Virus record (IMG/VR): IMGVR_UViG_3300025676_000021
Coordinates: 1-58,127 of that record
Source of the DNA: a virus
Taxonomy: Duplodnaviria > Caudoviricetes
DNA length: 58,127 nt
Strand: one strand, 5' to 3'
The notes beneath the pieces were generated by a model. The model worked only from the letters and a program-made list of their open reading frames with translations, searched no databases and was not told the origin of the DNA. Below are positions 55,702 to 58,127 of this stretch, piece by piece. Each line of letters begins with the position of its first letter. Within the stretch, counting starts at the first letter, position 1. Made by a program: the position numbers and the translations under genes.

Positions 55702-55716
55702 AGGGTCCCAAACGAG

Positions 55717-57195
55717 ATGAAAATAGAAAACTTAACTGAAGATGAATTAAAAGATATTATTCTAAAAAAACAGTTGGAGTGGATCAAGCTGTGCCAGGAT
55801 AATTTTTTAATTTTTGCCGAGTCTGTCTGGCAAGATTTTATCTATCGTAAAACAAAGGACCCAAAGAAATACGGGCACCATCAAATTATTGCTGAGTCTT
55901 TCCAAGAAATTGCTGATGGAGATGCAAAGAGGCTCATAATCAATATGCCACCCCGTCATACTAAATCTGAATTCGCATCTTATTTATTCCCTGCTTGGTA
56001 TATTGGAAAGTATCCAAAGAAAAAAATTATGCAAGTTTCCCACAACGCTGAACTTGCTTCAAGGTTCGGTAGCAAAGTTCGTAACTTAATGAATACCAGA
56101 GAGTATAAAGAAATTTTTGGAAGTGTTACACTTCGAGAAGATAGTAAAGCAAAAGGCAGGTGGGAAACCAATCATGGTGGTGAATACTTTGCAGCGGGTG
56201 TTGGCGGATCTATTACAGGTCGAGGGGCCGATTTGCTTATTATTGATGATCCACATACGGAACAAGATTCCTTATCGGATACAGCAATGGAACGTGCTTA
56301 TGAATGGTACAGTTCAGGACCCAGACAGCGTTTACAACCGGGAGGAAGAATCTTAGTTGTCATGACTCGTTGGGCTACCGATGATCTTACAGGAAGGTTG
56401 GTGAAGGCACAGAGTGAAACTAAAGCTGATCAATGGGAGGTAATTTCTTTTCCTGCGATCATGCCTGATGATAAACCGGTGTGGCCTGAGTATTGGGGTA
56501 AAGATGATTTAGATTCTGTGAAAGCCTCAATCTCTACAAAAAATTGGAATGCACAATATATGCAGGACCCAACCTCAGAAGAGGGTGCAATTATAAAAAG
56601 GGATTGGTGGCAAAATTACGATAAAGAAAATTTACCAAAGTTATTACACGTAATTCAAAGTTATGATACTGCATTTTCTAAAAAAGAAACTGCAGATTAC
56701 TCTGCTATTACCACCTGGGGGGTATTTGAACCTGTAGAAGGTTATGAAAAAGCAATTATATTATTAGATGCTCAAAAGGGACGTTATGATTTTCCAGATT
56801 TAAAAAATGTTGCGTTAGAACAGTATCATTACTGGGAACCGGAAACTGTGATCATTGAAGCTAAAGCTAGTGGTACACCATTAATTCATGAACTTAGACG
56901 TGCAGGAATTCCTGTAATTGATTATGTACCAGCTAGAGGACGAGACAAGCATACTAGAATAAATAGCTGTGCACCTGTATTTGAGTCTGGTATGGTGTGG
57001 GCACCTTTAGAAGAACACTGGGCACAGGAAGTAATTGAGGAATGTGCAGCGTTCCCTAATGGACAATACGATGACTATGTTGATTCTATGACCCAAGCTG
57101 TGTTAAGATATCGACAAGGTGGATTTGTTTCAACATATTCTGATGATTGGGATGATGACAACATTAAAGTAGAAAAAGATTATAAATATTATTAG
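55717..57195 (+). CDS. terL: Terminase large subunit
   Basis: NMPPRHTKS Walker A, GRGADLLIIDDP Walker B, MTRW, SYDTA..ADYSA, IEAKASG, FPNGQYDDYVDS nuclease. Confidence 0.96.
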   Translation: MKIENLTEDELKDIILKKQLEWIKLCQDNFLIFAESVWQDFIYRKTKDPKKYGHHQIIAESFQEIADGDAKRLIINMPPRHTKSEFASYLFPAWYIGKYPKKKIMQVSHNAELASRFGSKVRNLMNTREYKEIFGSVTLREDSKAKGRWETNHGGEYFAAGVGGSITGRGADLLIIDDPHTEQDSLSDTAMERAYEWYSSGPRQRLQPGGRILVVMTRWATDDLTGRLVKAQSETKADQWEVISFPAIMPDDKPVWPEYWGKDDLDSVKASISTKNWNAQYMQDPTSEEGAIIKRDWWQNYDKENLPKLLHVIQSYDTAFSKKETADYSAITTWGVFEPVEGYEKAIILLDAQKGRYDFPDLKNVALEQYHYWEPETVIIEAKASGTPLIHELRRAGIPVIDYVPARGRDKHTRINSCAPVFESGMVWAPLEEHWAQEVIEECAAFPNGQYDDYVDSMTQAVLRYRQGGFVSTYSDDWDDDNIKVEKDYKYY

Positions 57196-57203
57196 GAGTA
57201 ATT

Positions 57204-58127
57204 ATGTCTGAGAAAAAAAGAAATTTTTTAAAATTTATAAAATCAGGAACATATACTGACAAGAGCGGTAATAGAACTAACACAGACAGAGCAGCTTCAA
57301 GAGTAAAAAAAATTGATTTAGATTTAGAAACAATGAAACCAGCATCTACTAAAAAAATGCTTACAGGTGGCCAAGCAAAAATTGCAGCCAAAGCTCCACC
57401 ACCAAATAAAATTGACGCAAAAGATTTCGCTGTGCTAAAAGCTGAAAAAGCAAAAGGTAGAGGCATGGGTCTTCAAGATGAAAAAGTTAAACCAGGTAAA
57501 ATTTATAAAGCAAAAACAGGAAGTGGTTTAGATCTTCCTGTAATTAATTCAGTCAAACCTACAGTTAATAAAACTAAAAGAGCTCAGAATCTTTCTAGAA
57601 TGAAAATACAGTTTACTAAGCAAAAAAATAGAGCTGGTATTAATTCAGATACTTTAGATAAAATTTTAAGTAAAACTAAAAATCCTTATTCAGATTTAAA
57701 AGCAACTACAGCTAAAGGTCCTAAAAATTATATGAAAACTATTGGTGTATTTCCAAAAGTATCAGGATCTAAATTTACCGAACGAAGAATGAAATTAAAA
57801 GGTCCTTTTTCCTCTATGGCAGAGATGAGAACAGCAAAAGGTTTTAAAACGATAAATGGTAAACAAGAAACTGCATCTGAATTTAACAAAAGAAGAATGA
57901 AACTAGCAGGTGCTGCACGTAAAGCATTAAAAGCAACAAGAATCGGTAAAATAGCTTTAGGTGTCGGTGCTGCGGGAGTCGCTGCACAACAATATTTAAA
58001 ATCTAAAATGAATAAGAAAAAAGATATTAAAAAAGCTAGCTCATTAGTTAAAGGTGACTTAGAAGGTTCAATCGCTCCATACAAAACTAAGAAAAAAATG
58101 GGTGGTGGCATGATGCAAAAACCTATG
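57204..58127 (+). CDS. Lys-rich protein, 3'-truncated (not in ORF track)
   Basis: AGGAG RBS; 308 open codons to the window end: MSEKKRNFLK...MLTGGQAKIAAKAPPPNKIDAKDFAVLK...KKMGGGMMQKPM. Confidence 0.75.
   Translation, partial: MSEKKRNFLKFIKSGTYTDKSGNRTNTDRAASRVKKIDLDLETMKPASTKKMLTGGQAKIAAKAPPPNKIDAKDFAVLKAEKAKGRGMGLQDEKVKPGKIYKAKTGSGLDLPVINSVKPTVNKTKRAQNLSRMKIQFTKQKNRAGINSDTLDKILSKTKNPYSDLKATTAKGPKNYMKTIGVFPKVSGSKFTERRMKLKGPFSSMAEMRTAKGFKTINGKQETASEFNKRRMKLAGAARKALKATRIGKIALGVGAAGVAAQQYLKSKMNKKKDIKKASSLVKGDLEGSIAPYKTKKKMGGGMMQKPM

Noticed and set aside
57164-58111. Minus-strand ORFs 57164..57466 and 57728..58111
   Set aside because: Antisense to a continuous + strand ORF from 57204 that has a good RBS and was omitted from the track only because it lacks a stop.
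1-58127. Window as a complete circular genome (ends ...CCTATG, begins ATGCTAATG...)
   Set aside because: Only a 3-nt match. ORF1 is open to the left edge and its AGGAG is just 2 nt from ATG 21, so both ends look truncated and some sequence is probably missing.

Overview
This window is a near-complete genome of an AT-rich (roughly one-third GC) tailed dsDNA phage with a podovirus-like virion gene set, and both window ends cut through ORFs. Order on the + strand: a truncated large protein, portal, free-standing LAGLIDADG endonuclease, holin-like gene, small basic proteins, GroES, scaffold, major capsid, membrane proteins plus an M15 endolysin, adaptor/tail/fibre/nozzle genes, and three ejection proteins. 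Next come a replication module (PD-(D/E)XK exonuclease, SNF2 helicase, SSB-like protein, primase, UvrD helicase, Leu762 family-A DNA polymerase), a ParB-like gene, an iteron-like repeat region, terS, a resolvase, a GC-richer early region with sigma70 promoters, and terL. Seven 2OG-Fe(II) oxygenases, a methyltransferase and two glycosyltransferases are scattered mostly among the virion genes. Gene content and composition resemble marine SAR11 phages of the HTVC023P/vSAG 37-F6 type; this is inference from recall, not a database search. I saw no RNA polymerase, integrase, tRNA or CRISPR array. The most unusual signals are non-coding or sub-genic: (1) an oriented CGG-nnA-n-CGG motif embedded in coding sequence across the genome; (2) a hairpin whose loop is antisense to the phage's own early-gene ribosome-binding sites; (3) strand-biased CTCGTT arrays; (4) a shared ATCCYAT box inside early promoters; (5) short peptide tags shared by unrelated basic or virion proteins.
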